This document shows positions 1 to 14,018 of a stretch of DNA of 64,000 nt, piece after piece; position 1 is the first letter of the stretch, and every line of letters starts with the position of its first letter. A program made the position numbers and the translations under genes. The notes below the pieces were generated by a model. It saw nothing but the letters and a program-made list of their open reading frames with translations. It was not told where the DNA came from and did not search any database. The DNA is from Vermamoeba vermiformis (Eukaryota), in contig JBEWZL010000006.1 of the NCBI GenBank assembly GCA_045837725.1, positions 1 through 64,000 on the forward strand, in the 5' to 3' direction.

Positions 1-688
1 TTGAAGGTGTCCTGATCGAGTCCTTGCATTCTGACAAACATCATGGATGTGGTGTTGAACATCCAAAGCTCGCCTCCAGAATTGTAAGAAGTGACCCAAA
101 TATTATCATTCTTATCAACAGTGATGCTACTGTAGCGGATTCCACCAGGGTGGTTCGTTTCAGCAGGTACTTGAAGGTCGCCAGGGTTGCGTGGATTCGT
201 TCTGGCAGTTTCGTTGCTTCCCCAAACATATCGATACTGATCTGTTTTAGGATTGTAGTTCCACACGTTGTATAAAGAATTTTCTGCATTGCGAAGCGAA
301 GTTCCAGCCATGATCCAAAGAATGCCTTTCGAATCCATCGCTGCTAAAGGGCATGCTCCACGAGAACCAGCGCCAATGTCGATAGTAGTCCAAACACCTT
401 TTTCGACGGTGTAGCTCTCGAAAATATCGGCTAAATTATTGGACGTTAGTTTCGGCGGTACAGATTTAACTTTTATAATTTAGTATTTATAATTAAAACA
501 ACGCCGCTATAAAATTGTACAATTGGCGTATTATATCTTTGACCCATTGTTTTTTTAGTTTACTCACCAATGCCGGTTTCATTAACGGTGGTTGGAGAAA
601 TCCAGATGGGTTCAAACGAGGCAGCCGTAGCGGTTCTGTAAAGTCCGCTCACAAACAAGCAAAGAGCAACTGTAAGGTAGAGTCGCAT
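1..688 (-). CDS. Secreted/surface beta-propeller (Kelch/galactose-oxidase-like repeat) protein; 5' part only, continues off the left edge
   Basis: ATG at 688 gives a signal-peptide-like start, MRLYLTVALCLFVSGLYRTATAASFEPIW, followed by a GTGAGT donor at ~567. The downstream exon reads AMDSKGILWIMAG...VWNYNPKTDQYRYVWGSN...NHPGGIRYSSITVDKNDNIWV...GELWMFN, a repeated propeller-blade pattern. Confidence 0.65.
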
Positions 689-814
689 GGTGTTGTCTTG
701 AAGTTGAAATAAATAATCGTTACCAGTGCAATTTTACGGTAAAATACTATTTTTGCCGTATTAGCGGTTTGGTCACGAGGTCTTGACTCGAGATTAATGT
801 GATTATTTGCGGCT

Positions 815-1980
815 AATGTTTTACTTAAAGATACGCACGCAGTAAATTTTTTTGTCTGATTTTTGACAGTCAAAATTCAGAAAAATTGAAGTCTAAATTT
901 TTCATTGACTTTACATTCGATTTTCTCCTTTCTAACGAGCTGCGGTCTGAAACGGACACCTAATATATATAGGCGTTATCGTGTAGTGCTGGTACATATA
1001 TAATATATATTTTTTAATGAACTGGTAGTGCAGAAAAGTCCTCCGGTTTTGGGTGAAAAAAAATTACTGATCTTGTTGGTTCACCACTTGCTACCTTTTC
1101 TTACCAAATTTGATGGTGTCGATTCAATGAATATATAATAACACATCTATAGAGTTGGTTTGAAGATGTAATTTTTCCTACTAAGCTAGATCAGGTCAGC
1201 TGATCCCCTAAATTCGCCTTTTACACAGCAACATTGATAAATGAATCGTATCACACTGCTATTTACCATATATAATTATATTTCCGATACTATACAACTG
1301 CATTCCTTGCTATCTTAGATAGCAAAAGGCTCAAAAAGTGGATCTAAGCGATCTCACCGCGTACAACTATGGTGATGTACTGTAGTCATTTCAGCAGCAT
1401 AAACATAATATATTAGGGGGTCGATCATCGTATATGCCTCTACAATGACTAAAACTGTCTTTGATAGAAGTGCGAGATCTGATCAGCTACTTAGATGATG
1501 CGTTGACATCTTCAGTATATTGATTCAATGACCACTTAAGGTCAATTAGTGACGCTTAAGAGCTGTTGTATTTAAACGAAGCAATTCAATTGTATACAGT
1601 TGATGTATAGGCTCGTAATTGCTGGTGTCGGAAAAATTGACGCCCGAAAAAGTGGCAAAAATCACGTATTGTCCAATTTTTGCCACTCTAATGACTTGTA
1701 TTTTCATTATTGAGATATACGAAATTTACTATGCCCACATGTGACGTACACATGCAATACAGGATCAACCAGATGTCAGGGTATATGGAAAATTATCGTT
1801 TTTCCGATTTTTGTTGCTGATCTTGGATCAGCAAAAGGTTGGTTGAATAAAAGATTTTCAAATACTGATGAACGAATAAGAGATCATATTTAGTATTATA
1901 TACGTCATCGTATTGTTATTTTGATATTTAAACTGCGTGTAAAAAAGTTGAATAGTGTGTGCGTATCTTTAAGTAACATT
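815..1980. repeat. Inverted repeat pair bounding ~1.17 kb of non-coding DNA (possible MITE/TIR relic)
   Basis: TTACTTAAAGATACGCAC (821-838) is the exact reverse complement of GTGCGTATCTTTAAGTAA (1959-1976). The match extends with a gap to AATG/CATT, and GCT flanks both sides. Confidence 0.5.
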
Positions 1981-2245
1981 GCTTAAGTAACACTTCATTT
2001 CCTCTTTGAGTTAGCAACCGTTGTTAGCGAAGCTTGGATGAGATCATTAGTTTCCTTTTTGAATCTATTCTTGGCTACCACGAAAAGAGAATGTAGTTTC
2101 TACAAATGAGTGTGGTTTTGGCAGGACAGATCTGTTAGATCGGATCGCTGCCAATCTGGTGCGACGCTTTCTTTTAATTTCTCTCAGACTAGTAATGATG
2201 GACTTAGGAGTCATAATGGATTATGTATTATGTTGATGACATTCA

Positions 2246-3852
2246 ATGGGCAAAGTGGGACGAAGGCCCAACTATTTAGTTCGCCTAACCAAAATGATGC
2301 ACAAACAACAGATCAACCAACCAGTGCATACTATTAATATTACGGACCCTACTGAGGGCTTCAGCGACAGAGTTAAATTCGCTTTGGGTCAATTTATGTC
2401 TCGTGGTAAAAATCCGCATGTAGGAGCGAATCAGCTTCAGAAGTAAGAATTAAATATTTAAATAATAATAGGATATTTAATATATTCTATGAGACCGGAT
2501 AATAATCTATATATCATTCTTAACAAGCGGTGTAATTAATTTCATGAAATTTTAGGCCTGCATACTTCTATTTCCCTGGATTAGAAGACAAACCGTGGCA
2601 CGAGGTTAGTAAAATTTATAACATTACTAATTTACTAATTTCACATTGAATTTTTGTTGCTGTACTAATTTCAACTTGCCGTCTGTTTTCGTTACAATCG
2701 TTCAAAATTGATTCTTTACGCCTTTAAAGTCTAAAATATATTATTTACGGATAGAATATTGATGCGCCATGGGTCAAACTACTGGAGGATAATTATGAAG
2801 TCATTAAAAGCGAAGTTGAAAAATTAGTGGATCAAGTCCCACCAGAGCGATATGAAAAAGAAGCAGGTAATAGTTACATTGTCCGATATTATAAACAATT
2901 ATTGGTCGATAAATTATTATCGCAAATTCAATCGGGCCATACAAGGCAAAAAAGACCGTGGATTTGTTCTTGATTTATTCATCGTTTTGTTGTTCACAAT
3001 ATATTATTATTTGTATCATTATAATCACTAATATCATAAACAGGCTCGTTACCTTATTCATTTGGCAAATGGCGCGTGTTTTATTTATTGAAGTCCGGTA
3101 CCAAGTTGAACGAGAATTGCTCGTACTGTCCCGAGACTGCAAAGATTATTGACAGCATTCCTGGTACGTAGCCGACACCCATATAACATATATAACGTTT
3201 AATATGATGAATTCAAAATGGTAATTATTAAAATTATCATAAAAAGCACGGGATCCAGATCCACATTTAATGAACCCTCGAAGCACATTTTAAATACTAT
3301 AATGCTATGAAAATAACACGTATTGATATTAATACTAGATTTGATTACTGGAATGTCACTCGGCTTCGCCATGTTTTCAGTTTTAGATCCACACGGCCAC
3401 ATCCAACCTCACTTTGGCCCAATGAATTTGCGACTGCGATGTATGTTGCCTATATTAGTACCGGATGGTTGTACGATCACTGTTGGAGGTCAGAAGCGCG
3501 ATATTGTGCCGGGCAAGGTAAGATCCAGATTCACGTTTACGTTGGACTTCTAAAACGCAGATCTGCATCATTTGATTCCGTTAATATTATCACTATTAAC
3601 GTGTTATATTGTTTTTAGTGTATATTCTTTGACGACAGCTTTCAACACGAGTCACACAATGAAAGTGACAAGCCGCGCATAGTACTCATTAGTAAGTGCT
3701 GATAAGACGCGTCATTACCAAATATGGCAAGTACTAATATTGTATCAGTTGATATCTGGCACCCTAGTCTCACTGCCGATGAGCGGACACAAGTGCGGGC
3801 ATTGTTGAATCAGTTCGAGGCCATGACACCTGCCACCTTCGATTCGACGTAG
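2246..3852 (+). CDS. Aspartyl/asparaginyl beta-hydroxylase-domain protein (2OG-Fe(II) dioxygenase), about 7 exons; start uncertain
   Basis: Spliced exons give QKPAYFYFPGLEDKPWHE, LLEDNYEVIKSE, GKWRVFYL, CPETAKII, FAMFSVLDPHGHIQPHFGPMNLRLRC, FFDDSFQHESHN, PRIVLI and DIWHPSLT. Stop is TAG at 3850-3852. Confidence 0.9.
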
Positions 3853-4182
3853 CAGCACAAAAAATCGTTTGTTTTTTTCTTAGAATTTAATTTGTGCATT
3901 ATTTGAACTGTTAAAACGTGTGATAAAGTTGTAATATATTAATGTAGAGACGTTTGTAAAAGAAAATTATTTTGTAAGGCTGCGAGAAAGATTCTGCATC
4001 GAATTTATTATTATTATGCTTCAATCTGAAGTATAGTAAGACAAGAATACGGAGCTATAGTCAGATCTTCGCTGTACTAGGGAAAGTTTGACTTTTTTTG
4101 ACCGAGAACCTTTTCTTTTTGCCTTACTTTAAAATCATTCAGTTGAAAAAAGCCAAAGAGGGTACTACTTACTTATTGATTA

Positions 4183-5426
4183 ATGGAAGATAAACCGGAT
4201 TATTTTTTGTTCGAGCAATTACCGCCTGAATTAAATTTAACAATCTTGCATTTGTTCAAACCTGACGACTGGATCAAGTAAGAAAGACTTTTAAAAAATA
4301 GTATTTATATATAATATCGAATATTTTCAGGGTTTCACGGACTTGCAAGCGCTGGCTGAATAATACAAATTTTTTTACGGATTTAAAATTGGAACTTACA
4401 CGAAGACCACTGAAAGTTCCTGATCACAGCAGGCGCAATACTAAGACACGTGCATTTAAAGACGCGCCTCTTAATTTAGTGGGTATTGCTACGTATCTCA
4501 GCAGATTTAAACCTGAAAGTCTTCGATCGTTGGAACTGTGGCCTGGTCTTCAGCAACCTTGTGAACCTCTCAACAGTAAGTTATATTTTGCATTATGAAT
4601 GATATATGATATTCATATTAATTGCAATCTAAGCTCATCGTACCGTAGATGTGCTATGAAAATTTGCTTTCAGCATTTCTAACTCTTTATTGTTACTATT
4701 ATAGAGTTCCTTGTTAAGTGTACTGGCTTGAGATCACTGCGTTGCTTCAATTCTTCGAATTTATACACCACCATCGGATCTCTAACGCAACTCAAGTCGT
4801 TACATTTTGATGGAACGCTTCAAAATGGAGCTTTTGCAGATCTTTTAAAACAATTAATTAATTTAGAGGAATTGGAATTTAATGTCGCGCATGCTACTTG
4901 GAAAGAGATCCCGATCAAAACGTTTTATTCGGATTTGGTCAAGTTGAAGTCGCTGAGGATCAATTCTGCCGTAAATACCTACATTAAATATGAATATATT
5001 GGCAAAATGACACAATTAACCAGATTGGAGCTGCCTTATGCTTATATAGCGGACGATGAATTTAAGCACTTCGCGGATTTGACTAATTTGGAATATTTGG
5101 GCTTAAATTCGTTACAAAAAGTTATTCCAGCGGATGAAATAACTATGGAAGATTCAGATGAAGGGGAAGATATTATTGGAAATGAAGATCCGTTGAATGG
5201 TTTGCGACATCTGACAAGACTAACAAAATTGACTTATTTGGATATTTCAAATGTACCGCAGCTATATGATCTTGGCGGCACAGATGAAACAAAAATGAAT
5301 ATTGCACACCTTATTCACAAACATTTTACGAACCTCAAAACATTGAAAATCTCTGCCAGCGAATTAGAGCGGCAAAATAAGCAGAAATTGCACGAGATTA
5401 AGAGGTTATCATTGGTCATACAATAA
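4183..5426 (+). CDS. F-box/leucine-rich-repeat protein
   Basis: Exon 1 is MEDKPDYFLFEQLPPELNLTILHLF and exon 2 contains VSRTCKRW (F-box). The last exon has repeated LxxLxxLxL units (LTQLKSLHF, LINLEELEF, LTNLEYLGL, LTKLTYLDIS). Confidence 0.85.
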
Positions 5427-5686
5427 TAGAACGGATGAAGCTCGATAACATAAGGACCTTCAAGTTCAGTCGTCCAAGTCTTAGTGATAATGCTACACAG
5501 AGCTCCTCGTTGCATTACTAACAATATTATGAATGATACAGATTATAGAAGAGTCAGAAGTAATCAAATAAAACGGATTTTTGTTTGACATTTAAAAAAC
5601 AAAGTTTGACACGTGTCACCGGTTGGGATCACGAATTCGTTGCGGTAACGGAATTTTCAAGAGAGGAACGCGTTTATTAGTACAAC

Positions 5687-7287
5687 TTAGTATATTATTC
5701 GATGGAAGATTGAAGGTCCCTTCTCATCGTACTCTACTTTCGATAGCCACATTTGTTGAAAGCAAGCTAACGAGGCCCAGATCGAGCCACCAACCCACGC
5801 CAATAAATCGTTCCTCCAGTCCATAGGAGGATGAATTTTAATGTTTTTAAAGTGCGGTGCTAATATATGTAGTTCTTTTTGTAATCGTTCAGCGAATCCG
5901 GGAAACATCGTATTTCCGCCTGACAAAACAATGTTCTGCCACAAGTCTTTGCGAAGATCAATGTCGGACTTCATGATTGCATTGTACACCATTTCATGCA
6001 CTCCCATCATGCTCTCTTTGCCCAATAATGAAGGCCGAAACATTGCTTCTGTGCATCGGAATCGTTCATTGCCTGTCAAAAAAAAAAGAACCATTAGTCT
6101 TTCCTTTTATGGTAATTCGATCACGTGACGCTTACTAAGGGGTATATCGTCACAGCCGTCCATTTTAAATTTTCTTTCTGTTTCAACCATGCAAGTGGCT
6201 TTTAACAGTTCAGCATCCAAGTCAAGTGCCACGTACCCAAATTTTTCTTTAATATCTCGCACAATCTCGTGTTCAGCTGTCGTAGTTAAGTAGTACCTAT
6301 AATAATATTATTATTGCCGTCACAAACAAGAGTTATCAAAATGCTTGAAATAGATCTACTTCGATCGCGATATATCGTAGTCCACAATACGGTATGATAT
6401 AAATACAGTGAACAATAACTTACCCTCGCTCAGTGAGTATTCTTTGTAAATATTCAGTGATGTCTCGTCCTGCCAAGTTAGATCGATGAATCGCTTTATC
6501 TATCAGATAAGTGCCATAAATTGGGACTATGCTTGTCACTCCTTCCCCTAAAAATACCATGAATTTTGTGAGACCGGGACCTACTACAACATTTCCAATT
6601 TGGTAGTTACCTGAATTCACTATGAGGCCTGTCGTTCGTCCACTTCCATAGAGTGACAGCGCTGCCGGATCTACCGCGTAAAATGCTGGCACGTTAAATG
6701 TTTCAAACATTATTTGCATCATTTTCTCGCGATTAGCTCTAGGATTAAGCAGACTATCTGTCAGGAATACTGGATGATCTTCCGGCGCTGCACGCAAACC
6801 TTCGTTGAACATCCAAAACCAGATCTTTTCCATGTCGTCCCAGTTCGTCACAACACCTGTTCATTAGAGTTATAACACCAATTTTAAGTCGATATCGCTT
6901 ACCATTTTGAATGGGGTATCTCAATGTTAATAAACCTCGCATATCTTGTGCTCGGGACCCTACATCTGACAGATCGATAAGACTTACAATTAACATAATA
7001 AACATTATTTTCATAACGTTAAAAATATGACTTTAAAGGAAATTCCACGAATTCATTGAGGATTTTACGCTGTTTCAATTTAAATAAATAAATAGAAATT
7101 GTTGACAACTTGGATTTTAAGAGCCACCTTACTTACATTCGCTTCTTGTGCCTTGCATTACATTCGCAAAACGGGGTCGTCCAACTACAGATGGAATAGA
7201 AACTTGGGGTGCCTCGTCGCCTGCATAACCGCCTTTAATCACAGCAGATCCGTTGTCAATAACGATTCCCCTTCGATCGTCTCCCAT
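5687..7287 (-). CDS. Divergent actin / actin-related protein, about 6 coding exons
   Basis: Translated motifs include [101 protein letters not shown] and WVGGSI. Confidence 0.92.
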
Positions 7288-7603
7288 TACTAGTAATAAT
7301 AATGGATTATGTTACGTTTATAGGCGTTTGTTGCTCACATGGTGACAAAATAAATTTTGTTTTCGGGACAAGATTTGAAACCCTTGTGTCCCCCACGATT
7401 TGGATTCACAGACAAAATCAGAAGAAGCATAAAAGATCTGACGGACCTTCTCGTCTATGTATTCGCTTGAAAATGCTGTGCTTGACAAATGGCGTGATTA
7501 ATTGACATGGAGATGTGGGAATAGAGCTGTTGCACGAAAAAGGTCAAACCGTGAAATCAGTTTTGAGCTGTACATTTGAAGACTTTATAACAATTCAAGG
7601 TTA

Positions 7604-10600
7604 TTAAGCAAACGGGTCATTTGATCCCCAATCATTCGAGAAGCTCGGTACTTCTTCATTAACAGTCTCTTCTGTCGTATCTTCAACAGGTGCGGGTGGT
7701 TGATACGGCTGAGGCTCTGGTTCAGGCTGAGGCTTCTCTTCTTCGGGCACTGGCTCGGGCTCGGGAGGCGGTGGTGGCGTGAACACATTGAGCGTGCTTA
7801 TGTTGGCTAGTAACGCTTGTTAGTCTATATCAAAATGTCGCGAGATTGGAGAGGTGTGAGGTACTTACCAGGGCCAGCACCGAGACCAGGTGGCGTGGGC
7901 AAGAATGGCGGTGGCATGACGAGTCCAACAGGCTTGAACGGCGTGTTGGATTGACTGCCAACTGGCGGTGGAGGACCGCCTGGCGTCGACGGTGAACGTG
8001 TCTCAACAATCTCGTTGTTAGTGCCCAAATATCTGCGACCTTTAGCTCCCTTGGAGAACCTGTTGCCGGACTTAGGCAAGCCTCCAGCGCCAGGCAAGCC
8101 CGGTGTCGATGGTGTCAACGGGGCAGAGGTCTGACCGTCTGTCACGGATGATGTTAGCGAGTCTGTGCTGTCGCTAGTTGATGCAGCACTGTCGCGCAAA
8201 GGTGTGGATTGTGACAAGGGAGGAGGGCTGAATGGCGTTTGTGCCGCGGGCATAGGACTTGGCGGCATCATGGCCGACACTGTTGGGGGCGGTGGAGGTG
8301 GCGCGGCCTTCTTTCTGGCCTCGTCTTCTTTGCCCTGAGATATTACCAAATTAGGAAAATCCTTCTATAAAGTACACCTAGCACGTGCTAAACTAAACTT
8401 ACGCGTTCGACCCACATCTTGAGCTCTTTGTTGAAGTAGAATTGATTGTCATCGCCTAATTTGACTTCTTTCTTGCCTTTCTTGAAAATTCCGAATCCAG
8501 ATCCAAACAAGTTTTTCACCTTGCTAGTGATACCTCCTTGAGTATTAGCATCTCCTTCTTTATCACCTCCTTTCTTCTTCTCGGCTTCTTTCTTTTTCTT
8601 TTCTTCCTGTTCCTTTTGACGTTTCTTCTCTTCTTTCTGTTTGCGTGCTTTTTCTTGTTGTCTTCGTTCCTCTTCAGAGTCATCGCTGTCCTCGTCACGC
8701 GAGTACGTCTCAACTTTTTGTTGTTTCTTAGGAGGCTCAGCATTCAACGGAACGTTAGTGAACTCGCCGCTCATTTGGAACTGCAATGGTGTTGCGCCAG
8801 AGCCGCTGAGAGGCGTGTACGGCTTGGGCATGAAATTGACTTGTGGCGGAGTTGAGATTGGCATTGGTGCTCCTGGAGTTCTAGCAGGCGCAGGCATGCC
8901 CATTGGCGAACCATAATACGGCGGTTGTCCTCCGCTAGGATAGAACTAACGAGAAAACATGAGTAAGTCACCCGTAAAGTAGTTTTTCCGTGAAATTTCG
9001 TACCTGACCGCTGCCGTAGTGCTGTTGCCCTGGGATAGGCATTGGCATCGAGGGGCCTGCATATGGCGAGTTCTGGTACGAGTGGTGACCAGGCATGCCT
9101 TGACCAGGGTGCATATGTGGTGCGTGGTGACCAGCAGGGTTGTGTTGCGGTGTCGTTGGCTCGTCACCGCCCATGATGGTGTTGATGCCCTTAGTCACTG
9201 CTTGACCCAACTTTCCAAACCAAGAGCCCGAGCTGTCTTCTTCTCTGCAAGTGAACGAATGTTAGATTAACAAGGCAATACAGTAAGGCGAAGTTTGACG
9301 TACTTTGCGGACTTGTTCAAAATGACTTCCAATCGGCTCAAGTACTCGCGGAATAAATTAGCAAAAAGTGGGCTGTACTTGTAAGCACCCTTTTGATCCT
9401 TAATCATAGCAGTAATGGAGTTCATGTACCTAACACAAAAAAGTTAGATCCGCAACGCGTAGCAGATCTGGGTGAAGTACGTACTTCCAAGCCTTTTCCA
9501 CGAAGCCCAAGTCGATCAAGTAAGTAGCATGAATGAACTTATACACTTGGAAGGCAGGTAGAGTGAATTGCGAGTTGTTCAATCGACGAGAGTACTCGTA
9601 GATCTCCGTGCTATGGACTGTATCTACATTGATGAACGTCTTCTTGTCCTTACGGTGGTCTCCTCCGATAAGAACCAATCGCGAGTTAGCCTCGTCATAA
9701 GCATCAAACTTGTGCTCGGCAAGAAGGTAACTAACAAGACATTAGCACTGGTATTAATATCTTCGAATGAACGGAGGAACGTACCAAAAGTGAGCGGCTT
9801 CAGGCGCGTGTTGTCTAGTCCACAATAAATCACCAAACTTAATCAAGGCAGCTTGACTATTGGCCAAGTTCTGTAATCGGAACATTTGTTGTTGCTGTTG
9901 AGCAGTTGGCACTTGAGATCCCGGAGCTGAAGAGGATAAAGTCGGATGTGGGACTGAACCGCTAGCTGCCAACGATGAATTCTGAGAAAATCTATTGCCC
10001 AAGATAATAGCAACATTTTCTCGCCACCTGTCACTCCTACAATAACAACATTAGCAAAGTTCTAATTTTGGTGTGGATCCCGTACCATTTCGTTGTTTGT
10101 GAAGAAGTTGGCGTCAATACATTAGTGACTGTAGGAGCACCAAACTGAGCGTTCAATGGGAAGAACGGCGTCGCTGGGTTTTGAGCAGTTTGGTTCAATA
10201 AATCGTCTGTTCTGCCAACCAGCAACAAGTACAAGGTACGAAGTGGACTTCCCTCGGGCAAGCTTGAGCACGCGAACTGGCTCACTGTCTGTGCAAACGT
10301 TTCTTGATTCATTGTACGAGAGATAAGCATGGCGTGAGGCCACAATTGCGCGTCCTAAGAATAATTTAACAAAACTGATCCGTGACACGTGTCAAACTGA
10401 ACTTACCAAAGCAAGTCTCAAAGCTTCTTCTTTCTTGCCTCTAATCAACAAATCTTGCATTTCAGACAAGGCTTGTCGAATCTCCAAGTCAGTCTTAGTG
10501 CTCGTAGGCAACAAAAAGTTTGACGATTGGATCTTGTTGACCCACGTGGCATCTTGTTCGGTCATTAACAAGCTATGAATATCTTTTTCAGCTTGTGTGC

Positions 10601-13471
10601 TGTCGCCTTGTGGAGAACTCAGAACGCCATTGTTGTTCACTAAAATCTTCAAAAATTCCCACAACATCTTCACGCCTTCGCTGTGAATGTCAAACTCACG
10701 ACTTCTCATCACTTCATTGACACGATCAGCGATGAACTTAGTCACAACGCTCTGGCGAGAAAAGATTAGTTCGTGCACGACGAATCAAAATGTAACTTGA
10801 GTGACTTACGGGCTTGACCTTGTTGTGGTTCAAAGGACCAGGGAAGTTATTGATTTCAGCGACAACAGGTGTGGAAGCCAAGAGCCGTTGCATTGAGTGG
10901 ATTTGAATGTGACCCGGTGCTTTCTCGGGCTCTTCGTTCTCAGGCTGGTATTGACCAGGCATGACCACGTTGATTTTGAATTTGATCGTCGGGAACATCA
11001 CAATGACTTTGCCTCCGAATCCAAAACTGACCAGCGGATGAGGTTTGCGCAAAGCACTATAGATTGACATTAGTCACATGACGCTTACAGTTTAACAGAC
11101 GCATGACTTACCCATCGCCAATCGAAGGGAGGTTGCTTGTGCCTGTTCCAGTCACGGAAGAATTAAATACATTAGGCACAAACGAGGTCTTTTGTGTTGG
11201 AATTGGGATAGGCTGGCTGATAGTGACAGAAGGAATAGGTGCCACGGGTGTGAAAGTCGAGATTGTGCCTGGCATTGGATTGACATTGACACTAGGCATT
11301 CCTGGAATAGATACAGGGACTGGCAGTGGCACGGGCACGGGTGCGACCTTTGGCAAACTTGGCGGAGGAATCGGCACGAAGGCTGTTTTGATGGCAGGAG
11401 GTGCGGGGACAGGGTTTTGAGCTGGTTTGAACGTCGACTTTGCAACAGTGATCATTGAAGGTGTGCTGGAAGCTGTTGGTTGTGCCGCAGGGTTTGAGGT
11501 ATCGGTCAAATCGGGAATGGCATTCAGATCAATTTCGTCGAAAAATCCTGATTCGTTGAGTCCATCAGCCTCCGTCGTTGCCTCGTCTTGGCCATCTTCA
11601 GTCTGATCGACCGATTGGTCAGGTTGTGATTGGTTCAAATCGACCAATGACGTGTTGGTTTCGTCCAAGTTGACTTCATCAAATGATTGAGAAACATAAT
11701 CTTCGCGTCGTCTAATTCCGCCAGAGTTTCCTAAATCATCAAATGATTCTTCGAGGTTTTCATTCGTAGTCTCTTCTCTAATTGCCGGCAACTCTTCGTT
11801 GCTGTCCTTCTCGCTCGTGTTGGATCCAAATTCTCCCGAGGCAAACATACTTTGCATAAACTCGCCGGAGTTACGGACAGAGCTAGTGTTGGATGACACG
11901 GGTGACACGTGCGTGCCGGGAGGGGTGAATGAAGTCTTTGGTGGAATTTCTTGTGACTTCTTTCTGCGTGACAGAGGAGCTGAAGATCCAGTCGGGGGAG
12001 GCGGCAATGGTGCGGCAGTGTTGCCACTAGGAACTGTTCCAACCATTGGGGGAGGCGGGTGACTTGCTACAGGTGGCGGAGTGAATACATTAACCGCCTT
12101 GGGCAATGGCGGGGGAGCAACCACTGTAGGAGTCACATGACTGATTGGTGGAGGTGGCGCTGTGACTACTTTAGGCAATGCCACTGGTGGCGGCGGTACA
12201 ACGCTGGGGCCGAGTGGAAGTTTTGGAATCGCGGCTGTGGGATCAAAAACGCGAGGTGGCTCGCTAGTAATGGGCTTCAAAACTGGTGCAACAGGTGTGA
12301 ATGGTTTAATTTGCACGGGCTGAAGTGGTCCTGCAATAATAATTAAGTGGCTGAACTTGTGAAAAAATTGCGCGTGTGAAGTTACCTGTTGTGGGCGATG
12401 TGCCGGGCAACAATGACACGGGTTTCACCGGTTGATATGGTGATACTGGAGGAGGTCCCGTCATCAAAGGGTTCACGGGTGTTACGGGTTGTTTCGGGGC
12501 TGCTGTTGCAAGCAGATCTAACGGTTTAGGAGGGGTGAACGGAATGCTAACAGGTTGAGTGTATTTAACTGCCGGCACAGTAGGCGCCGTGGGTAATTGT
12601 GGTGAGAATACTTGAACTCCTGGCACTGAGGGTGGAGGAATTGGTTTGAAGGCTGGCGGGGCCGTGTTGTAAAGGGTTGTTGGATTTGACGTCGGCGTGC
12701 CATACGACGTAGTCACGGTTGGTCCGAGCGTTGGTGTGAATGGTGCAACTGGCGTAAATACAGATACTGGTGTTTTGGGAGTGGATGCTGGTGTAAATTT
12801 AGGTTGGCCTGCGTGAGTTGGAGTAGACACGAAGCCAGATGTGGGTGTCGTGCCGGCGACAGGCTTCGGGGCTGTATATAAATGATTAATATTTATCATA
12901 TCGACTGTTTAAATGGTTACAGTATCAATTATATTATTTGTAGCTAATTAGTATTGCTTTTCAAAAATAATACGTCAGGTTCAATTTATTGCAAAAAATT
13001 ATTACGGAGTCTGTATTTAGATAATATTTGTAGTCATATTAAATTTATAACTAATGCACGTATAGAATTCCAGCTAGAAATAATTATTTGAATTTTTCAG
13101 ATGTATTTTACAAGGCGCACCGTAAAACAGAAAATCTTCTGTAGCAATATTTTACATAATGTGCACGTGTGTAAATAACATAGACGTAGTGATATTGTAC
13201 CTGGTGAGTTTTCGAAAGGTCTTGTTGCTGAGGTAGATCCGGATTGACCATTGGTTTGGCCCAGTGAGTCGAAAAATGAGCCTCCTGTATTTGATCCACC
13301 AAATAATGAATCTACATTGCTATTTTGAACCGTTGCATTTCCTTTTGGCTCTGTATTTGATTTTATAAGAGATCCAAAGAAATCTGTTGAGGAGTCGTCA
13401 CCGCCCGGTGCGTCAAATAAATTAAATACGGGAATATTCTTAGTGTCCTTATCTTCGTCCATCGATGACAT
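7604..13471 (-). CDS. SEC16: COPII scaffold Sec16, multi-exon
   Basis: A long Pro-rich N-terminus precedes the central conserved domain (HPLVSFGFGGKV, FPGPL, LWPHAMLIS, EGSPLRTLYLL, AAHFCY, LVLIGGDH, TEIYEY, YKFIHATYLIDLG). The C-terminal region has KLGDDNQFYFNKELKMWVE. Confidence 0.9.
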
Positions 13472-14018
13472 TGCTCATCGTGGTCTTTACTTATAATTGT
13501 GATAAAAAAATAATTTATTTTATGGCGCTGACGTAAGACAACAACACTGCGTACCTAACCAAAAAAAACCTCGCTAAATCAATAGATCAATATTGACATT
13601 ACAAGACTCGGCGGTTTTAGTTCACTAGTGCGAAAGGTTACCCAGCATTGCTTAACAAACTCGGATGATCTTTGAACAATTGCTCTTGCGCGTTTTCTCG
13701 TGGAAATTATCGTCAAAAATAATTTAATAATAATCAGTTGTTTCTTCCGGCTGAGATTGTAAATTAAGCTGAGTTTTCGAGATTACAGATTGAATCCGCA
13801 TCTCTCCAAACGGGACTGCAAAATAAGTTATGGATTGGAAAAGTGTTGCATACCATACGTATTAATTCATTATTTGTAATTTATTTACGAGGGTGGAATT
13901 ATTCCTGTGGTTAAGTCACGTTTTCTGGTTTAAGTCCGCAACCTCCCAGTAATCTCGCTAAATATTTGTTTCGTAGCCACAAATAGAACACAAGTCGTAG
14001 TTGTTTACAAACAAGACA

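Noticed and set aside
7585-13302. Many overlapping antisense and alternative-frame ORFs
   Set aside because: They are shadows of the Pro-rich and charged exons of SEC16.
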